In this document: in pieces, positions 50,466-61,030 of the stretch | Position numbering within the stretch: position 1 is the stretch's first letter | Layout of the letters: every line of letters starts with the position of its first letter | Position numbers and translations under genes: made by a program | Source: Opitutales bacterium | GTDB lineage: Bacteria > Verrucomicrobiota > Verrucomicrobiia > Opitutales > PNEW01 | DNA length: 64,000 nucleotides | NCBI GenBank assembly: GCA_965197745.1 | Contig: CBDANS010000006.1 | Span: 576,001-640,000 of the forward strand | Direction: 5' to 3' | The notes under the pieces: model-generated | Told to the model about the DNA's origin: nothing | The model's input: only the letters and a program-made list of their open reading frames with translations | The model's database searches: none

Positions 50466-50725
50466 TTTTTTGACAGCGTTTCCTCCATTACCTGATTCTT
50501 AAGCATTTGATCAGCGAGCATCTTCTTCAACTCGGTGTTTTCTTTTTCCAGCTCTTTAAATCGCTTCGCATCGGCTAGTTCCAAATTGCCATACTTTTTA
50601 CCCCAGCGATAGAAGGTCTGTTCACTCACGTTGTTGCCTCGGCAGATTTCCTCTACCGTTTTTCCGGTATCGGCTTGCCGCAGTATTGCGATGATCTGTT
50701 CTGTTGTGTATCTTTTTCTTTTCAT
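50459..50725 (-). CDS. IS3 OrfA
   Basis: KRYTTEQII..VSEQTFYRW..KELEKEN.ELKK. Confidence 0.93.
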   Translation of the reverse strand: MKRKRYTTEQIIAILRQADTGKTVEEICRGNNVSEQTFYRWGKKYGNLELADAKRFKELEKENTELKKMLADQMLKNQVMEETLSKKW

Positions 50726-50789
50726 GAGGTTATCTGTTTATCCCGATAACCTCTCTCTGTTAATGATACCATTTTTGGGGGTCACTCCA

Positions 50790-51280
50790 TCCTAGGCAAC
50801 GGCCCTAACTATTTTGATTCGGCCTTATTTAATGTCCATCCGACGTATGGAAAATTGAATGGAGGTTGGAGGCATTTGGCCAAAGGAAATCTTCACCTCG
50901 CCAAGGAAAAGTTTATAAAGTTATCGGCGAAATCACCGAGTAGCGGACTACCGAATGTAGGAATCAGCCTTGCATCGGCCTTAAGCGAAGACTACATGAC
51001 CGCGGCATACGCGTTACGCCGGGCGTTCGCTTTGGACCCTGTAGGCGCGAGCGATCTACCATCGCGACCAGATCTAAGGAGGAAGGTCCGTGAGCTAACT
51101 AATCATTATCGTGAGATTGTAAACAATGAAGATAATAAAGACGTCGATGCGATATTCATGTATGCAGCGTTGAGTCATTTATTGAATGATTTCGAGTCGG
51201 CGCAAGCCGCAGTTCAAGATGCGATAGCTCGCGGAGATAATTCAACAGGTGCTGAAAATTTGAAAAAGCTTTTGGTATAA
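50790..51280 (+). pseudogene. 5'-truncated TPR-like protein
   Basis: Frame open from the IS end; Ala-rich helical repeats. Confidence 0.55.
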
Positions 51281-51315
51281 CGCAGTATAGGTTATAGTAG
51301 TTAGTAAACTCAGAT

Positions 51316-51348
51316 AAAAGAGCTGCCTTTGTAAGAGCAGCTCTTTTT
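51316..51348. terminator. Rho-independent terminator (bidirectional-type)
   Basis: AAAAGAGCTGC-N10-GCAGCTCTTTT. Confidence 0.85.
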
Positions 51349-51421
51349 AATTTAACTACACCGTTAACTCAGAGTTGAAAGGCAACAGCCTTTGAAACAT
51401 TAAAAATATGAGGCCTGACCC

Positions 51422-52994
51422 GAATGGCGTTAAGATAAGGGATAGAATGAGTGCAATAGATGCTTGTACAGGGACCGTTGGAGAGCTACCCTAACGAGCA
51501 TGCAAAAACAAAACTTAACTCGTTATTTTCCAGGATTTAATCAGGTCCTGTTCGGTCGTGCTCCCCGAACAGCCCTTGCACAGATGGAGGGTAAGCTGGT
51601 AGAAATACGGCGGTCAAGTCTTTCCGAGCTATCGGATATCTTCGGGCAGTGGGTGCCGCAAAAGTATTTACACCGGAAGCCTCGAGGGGCTAACAGCCGG
51701 CGGAGATTGTTCAGCCAAAACGTGACCTTCTGGGCATTTTTGTTCCAAGTGCTCTCACCACGGACTGCCTGCCGGGAAGTGGTGCGCAAGCTCCAGAGCT
51801 ATTGCAGCATGAAGGGGCTGAAGTTGGCTAAAGGAACGGCCTCGGCCTACTGTCAGGCGAGGCAACGGCTGTTGGTGCAAGACCTGCACGGGATCCATGA
51901 AGCGATCAGTGAAGAGGTGGCCGGGAGAGTGACCGACGATCAACGGTGGAAAGGTCACGAGGTAAAAGTGGTCGACGGTACGGGTATCGCCACCGCCGAT
52001 ACGCCGTGCTTGCAGAGGTGTTACCCACAGCCTTCGCAGCAACGAAGCGGCTGCGGCTTTCCGGTGATGAAGCTGGTGGGCTGTTTTTCTTTAGCCAGTG
52101 GGGCGCTTTTACACTGGATGGAGTCCTCACTAAGGCATCATGACAGTGTGCTGTTGCGGGGCATGATCGGATTTTTTCAAAAGGGTGATGTGGTCCTTGC
52201 CGACCGGGGATTTTGCTCTTACCTCAATATTGCCCTGCTTAAAGGCCGCGGTGCTGAAGCGGTCATGCGTTTGCATCAGCAACGAAGAAGCGACTTTCGT
52301 CAGGGCAGGTCCTTGGGTAGGTATGACCGGCTGATCATGTGGAAGAAGCCGCAAAATGTCTTCGGCTTCAGTCGCGAGCAGTGGCGGCAAATCCCTGATG
52401 AGATCCCCGTACGGCTGGTGAAGATTTTCATTTTCATCAAAGGTTTCCGCGCCCATAGCGTAGACCTCGTGACTACCTTGAGCGATCCTCACCAATACTC
52501 CCACCACGATCTCGGAGAATTATACTATCGGCGCTGGGCAGTGGAGCTTTACTTTCGCCACATCAAAACCACCATGGGGATGGAGATCCTGCGCTCTCGC
52601 TCGGTCGCTCTCGTGCGCAAAGAGATTGCGATGTTTGCCATCGCCTACAATCTCTCATCCGCGCTCTTTTGCAGCAAGCTGCCAGTGCCTTCCACCGCGA
52701 CCTCTCCCGGCTAAGCTTCAAGGGGGCTGTTGACACCCTCCGCCAATATCAAAGTGCGCTCGCGGCCACCCGGTTTAATCCCAGAGCCCAACGATCTGTC
52801 ATTGACGAGATGATACACCTCATTGCCCTCGAATCGGTCCCCCTACGTCCCTTCCGATACGAACCAAGAGTCCTCAAACGTAGACCTATACCTTTCCAAC
52901 GATTGACTCATCCACGAGCCATGATGACCGTCTCTGCTTCACGAAAAAACAAAGGCTTTTATCATCCTAAACCACCCTTATCTTAACGCCATTC
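51422..52994 (+). mobile_element. IS4-family insertion sequence (1573 bp) with 11-bp TSD
   Basis: Perfect 20-bp IR GAATGGCGTTAAGATAAGGG; TSD AGGCCTGACCC at 51411-51421 and 52995-53005. Confidence 0.96.
51464..52986 (+). pseudogene. IS4 transposase, frameshifted near 52655 by an extra TC
   Basis: VDGT, ADRGF, Y..RW.VE.YFR..K (YREK); aat ctc [tc] atc cgc restores AYNLIR. Confidence 0.88.
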
Positions 52995-53020
52995 AGGCCT
53001 GACCCTTTATGCTCTGTCCT

Positions 53021-53896
53021 TCAAACAGCGGTGAGCACCGTATTTAATTGTTTTGTGAGATAGGGAGACACCTTCCCCACTTGACTCACCGATTTCAGCA
53101 AAGGGAACGTACTTCCTCCCCAGTCTCCGTTACGGTCAAACACTTGTCTCCCCATGACAACCCCTGATTCATCGATAAAGCCTTTAAGCCGCGCAAGCCC
53201 TTCCTTAATTACTTTCTCAGGCAGGGTTTTTCCCCTTCGCTTGGACCACTCAACAAGATAATATAAACCCCGCAATATATCGTACTCGAAAAAGCGCGGA
53301 AAGAACGGTTTCAGCCATTCCTTGTTGATGACCCTTCCCTCATTCCTGGAGCATACCAGACGATGTTCAATCAGGTAGCGCGCGCCTTCCTCCAGGAATT
53401 TCGCTTCGGCATCGGTGTAGGCGCGATTTGTATTGAAGAGAATGGCTTCCATTGGAGGCAGTGTAGATACAATCGAGCTCTTTCGCGAATTCCCGTAGGC
53501 TGAAGGGGTACAATTCAACCCTCCATCCGGAAGCTGGTGTTTTAGAAACCATTCCCGCATCCAGGGAAGCTCACCATCGACATCACAGCCACAGGCCGAA
53601 AGCATCATGTAAAAAACCCCCAATTCACAGTGACAACAGTCCATCTTAGTCTTATCGGCTTTGCTCTTCGGTGCATCATCATCTGTAATCACGAACTTTG
53701 GCCAGGCCCCCTCTTTAAGCATCGCTAAAGCTTTCTTAGCAACCGGTTCAGGGATTTGCTCGGTTTCCCCCATTTCGTAAAGAGTTACCATGTGCCACCA
53801 CGGCCCTACCCATTTCCTTCTACTCCGGTTGTCCGGCAATGAAAACGTATCCGTTGCCGTGAGTAATTCCATTGAATGCTCGATCGTGTTTGTCAT
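53021..53896 (-). CDS. Hypothetical protein with a prenyltransferase/squalene-cyclase-like repeat
   Basis: W...HQLPDGG.NC, FPRF..YD.LRGL. Confidence 0.7.
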   Translation of the reverse strand: MTNTIEHSMELLTATDTFSLPDNRSRRKWVGPWWHMVTLYEMGETEQIPEPVAKKALAMLKEGAWPKFVITDDDAPKSKADKTKMDCCHCELGVFYMMLSACGCDVDGELPWMREWFLKHQLPDGGLNCTPSAYGNSRKSSIVSTLPPMEAILFNTNRAYTDAEAKFLEEGARYLIEHRLVCSRNEGRVINKEWLKPFFPRFFEYDILRGLYYLVEWSKRRGKTLPEKVIKEGLARLKGFIDESGVVMGRQVFDRNGDWGGSTFPLLKSVSQVGKVSPYLTKQLNTVLTAV

Positions 53897-53977
53897 TCCT
53901 CGAAATTAAAACGGCTTTTGCGAGCGAGTCAAAAAGTTTTGTACCCCGTGGGGGCAGGAGCGAATTAGTCTATAAAT

Positions 53978-55079
53978 TCACTGTCTTTTTCGACCAATGG
54001 ATTTCATGAATTCCATGCACTCAAAGTTCTGAAAGTCTCTCATCACATTTCTGAACTTTGGTTTCCAATAGGTTTCAGGCGCTCCATAGGATTGGTCCCA
54101 GACAGGGACAAAGAGTAGAAAGCATAGCATTAGTCTGTAGTCATCCATTAAATTATCAAGCGAGTATGCGTCGGTTCTACTCGAATCCAGGAAAGAGTAA
54201 TATCTTTTGAGCGAGGCAACGGTGTCTGGATGGTTAACGGGTGGGAAAAACGAAAGCAGATAACCTAAATCAAATGTGGGAAAGTTCGCCGACACTTCCT
54301 GGAAGTCTACGAGCATGGCTATAGTGTTATCGAGCCCTCTTGGAAAGAGGAACTGTCCAATATAGCAATCCCCCTGTGAAAGCGTGATATTCTCCTTATC
54401 AGATATTCTCTCTGCCAGGTAATGCTTCCACAGCGGGGGAAGGAGACTCAAAGATTCTTCGAGTATCTCAATATCCGTACTGGAGTAATGGTCTCCAGCC
54501 TGGGACTTGAAAATCTGATACTCTTTTTTTCTCTTTGTTATGTGTCTCTGGTATGAAGGTTCGCCACTATACTCCCACCGCATGGGAAATGATGCGTACG
54601 AAGAGCCAATACTTGAAGATTCCCACCAGTAGGACTGAAATTCGGCCAGTGCCTTCAGGATACTGTCCCAGGCTCGCGGTTCGACAGGGTGCCTCCCCCT
54701 TGATATTGAGCGCATAGTCTACGGCTGCTTGATGTGTATCTGAAACATCCTGGAGCAAGAGCGCGGTAATCCCCGTCTCCTGATCATATTTTGCGAAGTA
54801 GCAGGTAGGGACCATTTCCAGAATAGTGGCAGGTTTACTGACAACGGAGTAAAATTGAAATTCAAATGAACCATCATGCTCTTTGTTTCTCTTAAAAACC
54901 AGTTTCTCAGGAGCATGGGTGTCGCTCTTGTTCCTGTAGTGAACGGTGATAAAATAAACTTCGGAATTAAAAGCATCGTTTCGCACACTATCAACAGAAT
55001 CAATTGCGCCCATTTGTAGCGCTTCTTCTATAGCGGAAGCCATATCTGAAGGGTCAAGATCTGCTTGTGTCAGATTCAT
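53978..55079 (-). pseudogene. Phosphotransferase (EcKL/APH-like), +1 frameshift near 54692
   Basis: LLLQDVS in the first part; SQGDC...QFL and VDFQ in the second; extra C in gca ccc t gtc. Confidence 0.78.
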
Positions 55080-55130
55080 TACTTTTCCGGAGGTAAAAGT
55101 AAGGCATTATCTCCACTGCCCTGTTGAACC

Positions 55131-55877
55131 TTATTCGGTGATCTCAATCCAGTTGTATATAATACCACTCCCATATCCCAGTTTCCTTGCTAAATATTCT
55201 GAAGCAGCATCCTCAGTATCCCAGTGAGGCTCAATTCCTTTTCCCAGGTAATATAAAATTATACGAGCACCAAGGGCAGTTCCAATGCCACGATTTTGGA
55301 AATCTTGAATTGTGTCTATTTGAAATTGGATCGCAGTCTTCGAATTTATTGCGGTGGCAACACCTCCTACGAGTCGATTCTGGTGAAGCGCGCAAAAACC
55401 AATGCCTTTTTCAAGGAATTCTCCATAAAATGTAAGGTTTGGTGAAACCTCCTTACCTATTCTTTCTTTTTCATCCTTTTCTATTTTTTTGATTTCTACT
55501 CCTTCAGGTAATTCTTCAATGACCTTTCTTAAATTTTCCTCATCTAATTTCCGATGATCAAATGTTTTTCTACTGCGAACAATTTAGAGCCCCTTGTAAA
55601 CAACTTTGACTTTTTTTTCCCAGGATGAATTGCCCATAAAAATGTCGTCCTTTTGAGCTCCTGAAATGATATCAAGTGCGGCATCAGATTCTGAATTTCC
55701 ACCCATTATATTAAATGGACCAATCTTCAATCGAGCAACAGAAGGGTTTGTGTCGATGTCGACATAAGCTTTTCCCTGGAATCCCTGTAATACGGATTCT
55801 ACAAACGATTTGTAAGGGATGTCTTCAGCAAATAAGTTTCTGAGGTACCCAAGACTCTTTCTATTTATTTCTTTCAT
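55131..55877 (-). pseudogene. GNAT acetyltransferase with in-frame TAA at 55584-55586
   Basis: Frame continues after the stop: ..FLEKGIGFC..IDT..DFQNRGIG..PHWD..LARKLGY. Confidence 0.8.
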
Positions 55878-55943
55878 TAATCATTGGGGAGGGTTTAAAG
55901 TGAGCAATAAAAAATAGAGTCAAAACTGTTCGGTCGCTGTCTG

Positions 55944-56023
55944 CGCCCCTTCAGGGCGCGATTTTCATTTTTCTTTTTCCAGGGGTTATCACCCCTGGCT
56001 AAAAACCTTCACCCCTTTGGGGT
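55944..56023. repeat. REP-like hairpin cluster
   Basis: CGCCCCTTCAGGGCG, CCAGGGG-TTATCA-CCCCTGG, CACCCCTTTGGGGTG. Confidence 0.7.
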
Positions 56024-56229
56024 GGATATAGCTATTCAAAAAATTCTGATTTTATACCCCCACTTACTGGTTACTGATCACTATACTATTCAATCGACTA
56101 TCTTCATTTGGCAATCGATATCACCTCATCGGTGCTATGATAAAAGAAATGCCCATTCGTAACGCATTTATTGTTTCTCCCCTCCGGGGCCAATCAAATA
56201 AATTGCTCACTCCTCAGGCATTGAGGTCT

Positions 56230-56907
56230 TTAATAATTTTTCTTACCGGTTATCAGCTTCCTCTTTACTTCGCGTTTTACCCGCGCGGAAGTCACCGATT
56301 CGTTGTCAGCGAGGAATTGTTTAACGGCCTTCCGATCCCACGAAACAAGCATACGTAGGGCCCAGCTGATGGCCTTCTGGACCATTACGCTTTTATCTGA
56401 AACTAGTATCTGACAGATCATTAAAGTACGAGCGCTGTCCCCGTTCCCACCCCTTGACTTGGTGTTGAGGGGGATGGTTGCGACAACCGCAGCTCTCCTC
56501 CACCACTGATCTTTAGATCGGCTCCAGCATCGAATGTTTCCATCCGACAGCTGACCATTTTGCCAGGCCTGTCCCACCAGGGTGCAGCAGAAAAAATCGA
56601 CCCACCCCCAGTTATCGATACCGGCCCCAAGGGTTTCAATTCGTTTGATAGTCAGCGATTCACGGGCTTCGCGATGACCGGCGATTAACTCGTAGGCGAC
56701 GTTCCTGCACACTGCGAGCTTGAGCTTCAACAGCGCCAAGCCAAGCTTACATATAAATTCACCGCTTTCGTCCTTGAGCTTCGACTTATATATTCGCACG
56801 ACCCTATGACGGTCTTTTGTGTATAGCCGTGACCTACGGCTGAATTGACGAAGCGTTTCTCGAATCTCTTTCGCGGTTTTATTAATTTTTAAGGAATCGG
56901 TGGTCAC
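56230..56907 (-). CDS. DNA alkylation repair (AlkD-like HEAT-repeat) protein
   Basis: DNW..VD, W.RS.D.WWRR, MVQKAISWALR, RV.RE. Confidence 0.88.
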   Translation of the reverse strand: MTTDSLKINKTAKEIRETLRQFSRRSRLYTKDRHRVVRIYKSKLKDESGEFICKLGLALLKLKLAVCRNVAYELIAGHREARESLTIKRIETLGAGIDNWGWVDFFCCTLVGQAWQNGQLSDGNIRCWSRSKDQWWRRAAVVATIPLNTKSRGGNGDSARTLMICQILVSDKSVMVQKAISWALRMLVSWDRKAVKQFLADNESVTSARVKREVKRKLITGKKNY

Positions 56908-56973
56908 AGAATAATTTATAAACGGGTCTCATTTTCAAGGTCAATGGTGTCGACTCGCTGTCTAGCGAATCCC

Positions 56974-57774
56974 CTATTTGTGCGTCTCATCAAGGCACGG
57001 CTTTCCCCATAAAACTTGCGTTTTTACCTGGTATCTTAACAAACCATCTTCAACAAAGGGTAGAAGAATTTTCTCCATTTTATGGTCAAATTCTTTTTCT
57101 TTGATTTTTCCCATGCCTTCTACTGAAAGAGACGCTCTCGAGTGTTCCGCATTTATGAATTGGTCCAGGGATTGATTGAAATTGTAAGGTCCCATTGTGC
57201 GATTCCCTGTAAGCTTAAAGCAACCCGAGTTCTCTAAAGCTTTTAGCGCATCAAATGGCACATAATCCTTATATGTTGAATACTCAGCAATCAGGTCATT
57301 CCGGAATTTTCCCCATGGGACATTGCAGGGGCCATCTCCATCCATAATCACCAGGGAACCCGTTGGATGAAGCGCATCTTTGAATTTTTGAAAAACCAGA
57401 TTCAAGTCCATCCAATGCAAACTGGCTCCGATGACAATCAGGCCATAGGGTGGATTGAGCAGGGCTTCTTCAATTTTAGCGTGGATCCAGCAAATTTTAG
57501 GGTTGTCGCCACTTGGCAATGTTCTTCCCAGTCGGATCATTTCTTCCGAAAAATCAACGGCATCGATACGATCAGCTTTTCCTGTTAATAGTCGAGCAAT
57601 TTTACCTGGACCACTTCCCGCATCGAGTACCGATTTCGCATGCTCAGGGATTTTCTCTATTAAAAAATCCATTATCTCTTGATCGTAAGGGGGTCGAAAC
57701 CCATACCGTTCCACAACACTTTTAGATTTGAAGCGAATTGCGTGCTCATGATCTACCGTGTTTACAATAGACAT
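56974..57774 (-). CDS. Class I SAM-dependent methyltransferase
   Basis: RPPY, VLDAGSGPG, DFSEEM, SLHWMD. Confidence 0.9.
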   Translation of the reverse strand: MSIVNTVDHEHAIRFKSKSVVERYGFRPPYDQEIMDFLIEKIPEHAKSVLDAGSGPGKIARLLTGKADRIDAVDFSEEMIRLGRTLPSGDNPKICWIHAKIEEALLNPPYGLIVIGASLHWMDLNLVFQKFKDALHPTGSLVIMDGDGPCNVPWGKFRNDLIAEYSTYKDYVPFDALKALENSGCFKLTGNRTMGPYNFNQSLDQFINAEHSRASLSVEGMGKIKEKEFDHKMEKILLPFVEDGLLRYQVKTQVLWGKPCLDETHK

Positions 57775-57889
57775 GAACTGCTAATCTCTCGTATCACTGA
57801 CCGTTAAAAGCAGATCGTGTAATAAACGACGCTTTTCAATGTCCAAGCGAATATGAATATCAGGTGCCTTATATTTTTCAGTCATAAGA

Positions 57890-58681
57890 TTATATGGCCG
57901 TCGCTTTGAGACTGAAAGTACAGGGGTACAATTCAATTTTATCAAATTGGACATCATAAGGGGTATAACCATTATAAAGATACTGCGGGAATTCATGGAG
58001 GAACTCTATTCTCATGCCAGCTTCGCAAAATGCGGTAATAAGCTCTCCCAAAGTCCAGTGCCATTCGTAGGAAGGGGTCGGTATTTTAAAATCCGGATCA
58101 GTGTAATCACCCATGTTTTCGTACTGCCACACCTTCTTGCGGAAATAACTTCCCTGAATAGTACTGGCGCTTGATGATCCCGCTTCATCAAGCATGACGC
58201 TTCTGAACGGATGCCCGTCATAAATATAGAAAAATCCGTTGTCATTTAATAATTGCCGCGCGGTCTGAGCATACTGCTCAAGGTCCGGAATCCAACAGAG
58301 CACCCCGGTAGATGAAAAAACAATATCATATTTTTTATTCACTATATTCTTTACATCCACAATATCCGCCTCGATAAACTCCGCCCCAATGCCCATTTGT
58401 TCCGCGATCAAGCGTGCGTATTTCAATGATTCGGACGAAATATCTATACCGGTCACCTCAGCCCCGAGCAGTGCCCAGGACAGGGTATCGGTTCCGATAT
58501 GACAGAGCAGATGCACCAGTGATTTGCCCCTGACATCACCGACCTCTTTTTGTAAAAGGTCATTCAATAATGGTTTACCGGCTATCAAGGTGTCCGTATC
58601 ATAATTCTTATAATGGATTTCTGCCAGGCCATCCCATGCCTTTTTATTTGCCTGGGTCATATGCTTCATTGATTGCTCCAC
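57890..58681 (-). CDS. Class I SAM-dependent methyltransferase
   Basis: HLLCHIGTDTLSW, VTGIDIS, GVLCWIPDL, HPF. Confidence 0.9.
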   Translation of the reverse strand: MEQSMKHMTQANKKAWDGLAEIHYKNYDTDTLIAGKPLLNDLLQKEVGDVRGKSLVHLLCHIGTDTLSWALLGAEVTGIDISSESLKYARLIAEQMGIGAEFIEADIVDVKNIVNKKYDIVFSSTGVLCWIPDLEQYAQTARQLLNDNGFFYIYDGHPFRSVMLDEAGSSSASTIQGSYFRKKVWQYENMGDYTDPDFKIPTPSYEWHWTLGELITAFCEAGMRIEFLHEFPQYLYNGYTPYDVQFDKIELYPCTFSLKATAI

Positions 58682-58720
58682 GGGATTGGCCTTTGTGTGA
58701 ATATTTTCAACCGATCCTGA

Positions 58721-59089
58721 TCAGGCAGGTTTCCTATAGGCCCGACTGGATATTTGAATAGAATTTTTACCGGGACCTTTCGCGTTTGAAAAAATGTACC
58801 CTTGCACCTGATGAACAGCTCCAAATTTAAGTCCGTTTTTTGCGCATTTATCGCGAAATTTCTCCACATCTTTTATATCGAAGACCAGCTTTACACAGGC
58901 TTGTCCATCCTTTATTCCTTTGCCCGCGGGGTGGATCATCAAACTCGCCCCTCCATGAGCAGGCAGTAGTTCCAGCATGCTGGTACCTTCTTCGACCAGG
59001 GATTTAAAATCGAAGTGCTTTACATAAAAAGCCGCCATCTTTTCGACATTTTTGGCATAAATCATAATCTTATTGATGGCTGGCTTCAT
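58721..59089 (-). CDS. VOC family protein
   Basis: IYAKNVEKMAAFY, KLVFD, NSIQISSR. Confidence 0.82.
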   Translation of the reverse strand: MKPAINKIMIYAKNVEKMAAFYVKHFDFKSLVEEGTSMLELLPAHGGASLMIHPAGKGIKDGQACVKLVFDIKDVEKFRDKCAKNGLKFGAVHQVQGYIFSNAKGPGKNSIQISSRAYRKPA

Positions 59090-59532
59090 TTTTTTCCCTT
59101 TAGTCGCTTAAATTCTTCATTGAGTGTCTTATTCTGGAACGGAGTAAAAGCCAGCTCCAGTTTCATCCCATCCGGATCCTGGAACCATACTCCGTAGTAT
59201 CCTGGGCTATAGTTCATTTCGCACGGAGCATCCAGAATTTCGGCGCCCATTTTCTTGAGAATATCGTATAGCCTGTCCACGTCTTCCCGTCTTTCGGCGT
59301 TCCAGGCCATGTGGCTGAACCCCGGAGATTCCCTATCGTACTTTTTCCCGTGTCCCGCTTTTCTTGTCCGCACCAAAATCAAGTCGCCTATCCCGATCTT
59401 TTTTCGGTAGAGAATCGATGCCTTCATTCGGTGATGCTTTTCGTATCCAAGAAAATTGCATATGGGGTCATAGAATATTTCTGACTCATCCAGATTCCCG
59501 ACACGAAGCTCAATATGGTTTATGAGTGTCAT
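59086..59532 (-). CDS. VOC family protein
   Basis: HIELRV, G..H.A, Y.PGYY.V.F.DPDG.KLE. Confidence 0.9.
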   Translation of the reverse strand: MTLINHIELRVGNLDESEIFYDPICNFLGYEKHHRMKASILYRKKIGIGDLILVRTRKAGHGKKYDRESPGFSHMAWNAERREDVDRLYDILKKMGAEILDAPCEMNYSPGYYGVWFQDPDGMKLELAFTPFQNKTLNEEFKRLKGKK

Positions 59533-59543
59533 TGATTCTCCGG

Positions 59544-59609
59544 ATTCTAACGATAGCGGTCAGGCACGAGAGCGCTAGACCGAATTGTCCCCGCACTTTT
59601 GATTCGATT
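59544..59609 (-). other. Degenerate attC-like site
   Basis: Minus strand ATCGAATC..GCGGGGACAA...GTGCCTGACCGCTATC-GTTAGAA, running from just after a stop to 13 nt before the next ATG. Confidence 0.4.
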
Positions 59610-60128
59610 CTATTTATTCAGCAACTCGGAGATAATGGCATCAACAACCTTCCCCAACTTGCTGAGCATGGCAAACTCCTTATCGACAACCGAGACAAAT
59701 GACTTTGGCGTCATCGGGCGGAAGCATTTCACCGGCTCGAGGGCGTAGCGGGTATTGATTTCGTAACCCTTCTCCTCAAGTATATCGCCACACCGGCGAA
59801 GGAAAGCCTGACTGAAATCCTTCTGCCCGAAACCGGCACGTGACTTTCCCGCCTCGATGTGAAAGACGAAGGGAACCTCGCCTTTCTCATGATAGGATTT
59901 CGCCATCCAGGATTCGAAATGCAGCCCATTTCCTTTCTCGTTAAACCAATTTGACCTGTAGAGTTGAAATCCAGCCCCCTGGGGAGATGTATCATTGGGA
60001 TACAACCCCGCGTTGATTAACCAGGTATTCTGGATAGCCTTGCGTTTTGAAAGTTTCCTTTCAGCTTCCTTGTATCCATCCCCATAGAACCGGTAAATAT
60101 CCGCGGTCTCTTCCTTAACCTTTTTCAT
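59610..60128 (-). CDS. Hypothetical protein
   Basis: 172-aa ORF with RBS (gaaaggaa); FQLY..NW and G.HFE motifs. Confidence 0.7.
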   Translation of the reverse strand: MKKVKEETADIYRFYGDGYKEAERKLSKRKAIQNTWLINAGLYPNDTSPQGAGFQLYRSNWFNEKGNGLHFESWMAKSYHEKGEVPFVFHIEAGKSRAGFGQKDFSQAFLRRCGDILEEKGYEINTRYALEPVKCFRPMTPKSFVSVVDKEFAMLSKLGKVVDAIISELLNK

Positions 60129-60151
60129 AGCTTCCTTTCAAAAGAATGGCT

Positions 60152-60241
60152 GGCAGCGTTTACGCCTCTGCCGATTGGGCATCCTATTCTTGTATGCGGC
60201 AGGATCAAGAGAATTTATAAACGCGCATGCTGAAACCTGTT
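60152..60241 (-). promoter_or_regulatory. Putative promoter plus leader hairpin, copy 2
   Basis: TTGATC-N16-TAGGAT then GGCA-GAG-GCG-TAAA-CGC-TGCC. Confidence 0.5.
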
Positions 60242-60293
60242 GGTGTGAACCTGGCAGCGCCATTCTACTGTAATATGTCAACAAGCTCTCTAT

Positions 60294-60992
60294 TTATCCT
60301 TCCCCAAAGATTTCCAGCAACTCAGCTAATTCTTTGATTACCGATACTCTCTCGTCAACTTTGTGATCTTCCGCTATTCGATTAACCCAGATTGCCTCAA
60401 GTCCAACTTCCATTGCTCCTTCTATATCACGTTCATAACTGTCTCCTATCATGAGAGCGATCCGGTTACGATGCAGATCATTGAGGATCGCCTCAAAGTA
60501 ATGTTGATTCGGCTTTTCAAACCCGATCTTTCCCGAGGTATACACCGCTTCAAAATAGCTCAAGATTCCTAACTGGTTTAGAATATCTGAAAGCTCCGGT
60601 ATATGATTGGAAGCTATGACATGAGAATACCCGCATTGCGATAGTTTTTTCAGAATGTCTTCAGCTTATGGTACCAACTGATATCCATGATTAAGTAGTA
60701 TTTCCTCTCGCAAACCCTTGGCAAGTTGGTGCGCTACCGCTTCTGAAACGCCATTCGCTATCATCGCGGACGCGATTTTATAATTTAGAAATTCCCAGTA
60801 ATTCTTACCGTTGAAAAGATCGACGTGCGGTACTTCAGGTGTGTGCCAGGGAAAACCGTAGTCCAGTTCCTGCCGAATGCTATCAATGTCGATGTCTGAG
60901 TAGCCTGAACGGTTGAGAAGCGATCGGGTAGCTCTCGACCATAACCACGGAGCGTCTGCCAGGGTTCCATCAAAATCCCATAAGATATGCAT
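60294..60992 (-). pseudogene. HAD hydrolase with in-frame TAA at 60666-60668
   Basis: WDFDGTL ... LVP*AEDIL..ASNHIPEL .. EKP .. IGDS..DI.GA all in one frame. Confidence 0.82.
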
Positions 60993-61030
60993 TTTTTTTG
61001 CGTGGATCGGTTAGGTCTGTCGTAGCGGGG

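Larger units (their letters stand above)
49440..50789 (-). mobile_element. IS3-family insertion sequence B (1350 bp)
   Basis: Ends TGGAGTGACCCCC.. and (rc) TGATTGGACCCCG..; orfA with A6G slippery site (tcaaaaaagtggtga); no TSD. Confidence 0.92.

Noticed and set aside
7247..50789. Composite transposon bounded by the two IS3 elements
   Set aside because: They are different elements with different IRs, and no shared TSD flanks the pair.
57781..57996. 71-aa ORF in the spacer between two methyltransferases
   Set aside because: It overlaps the upstream gene out of frame with no recognisable motif; at most a small gene remnant.
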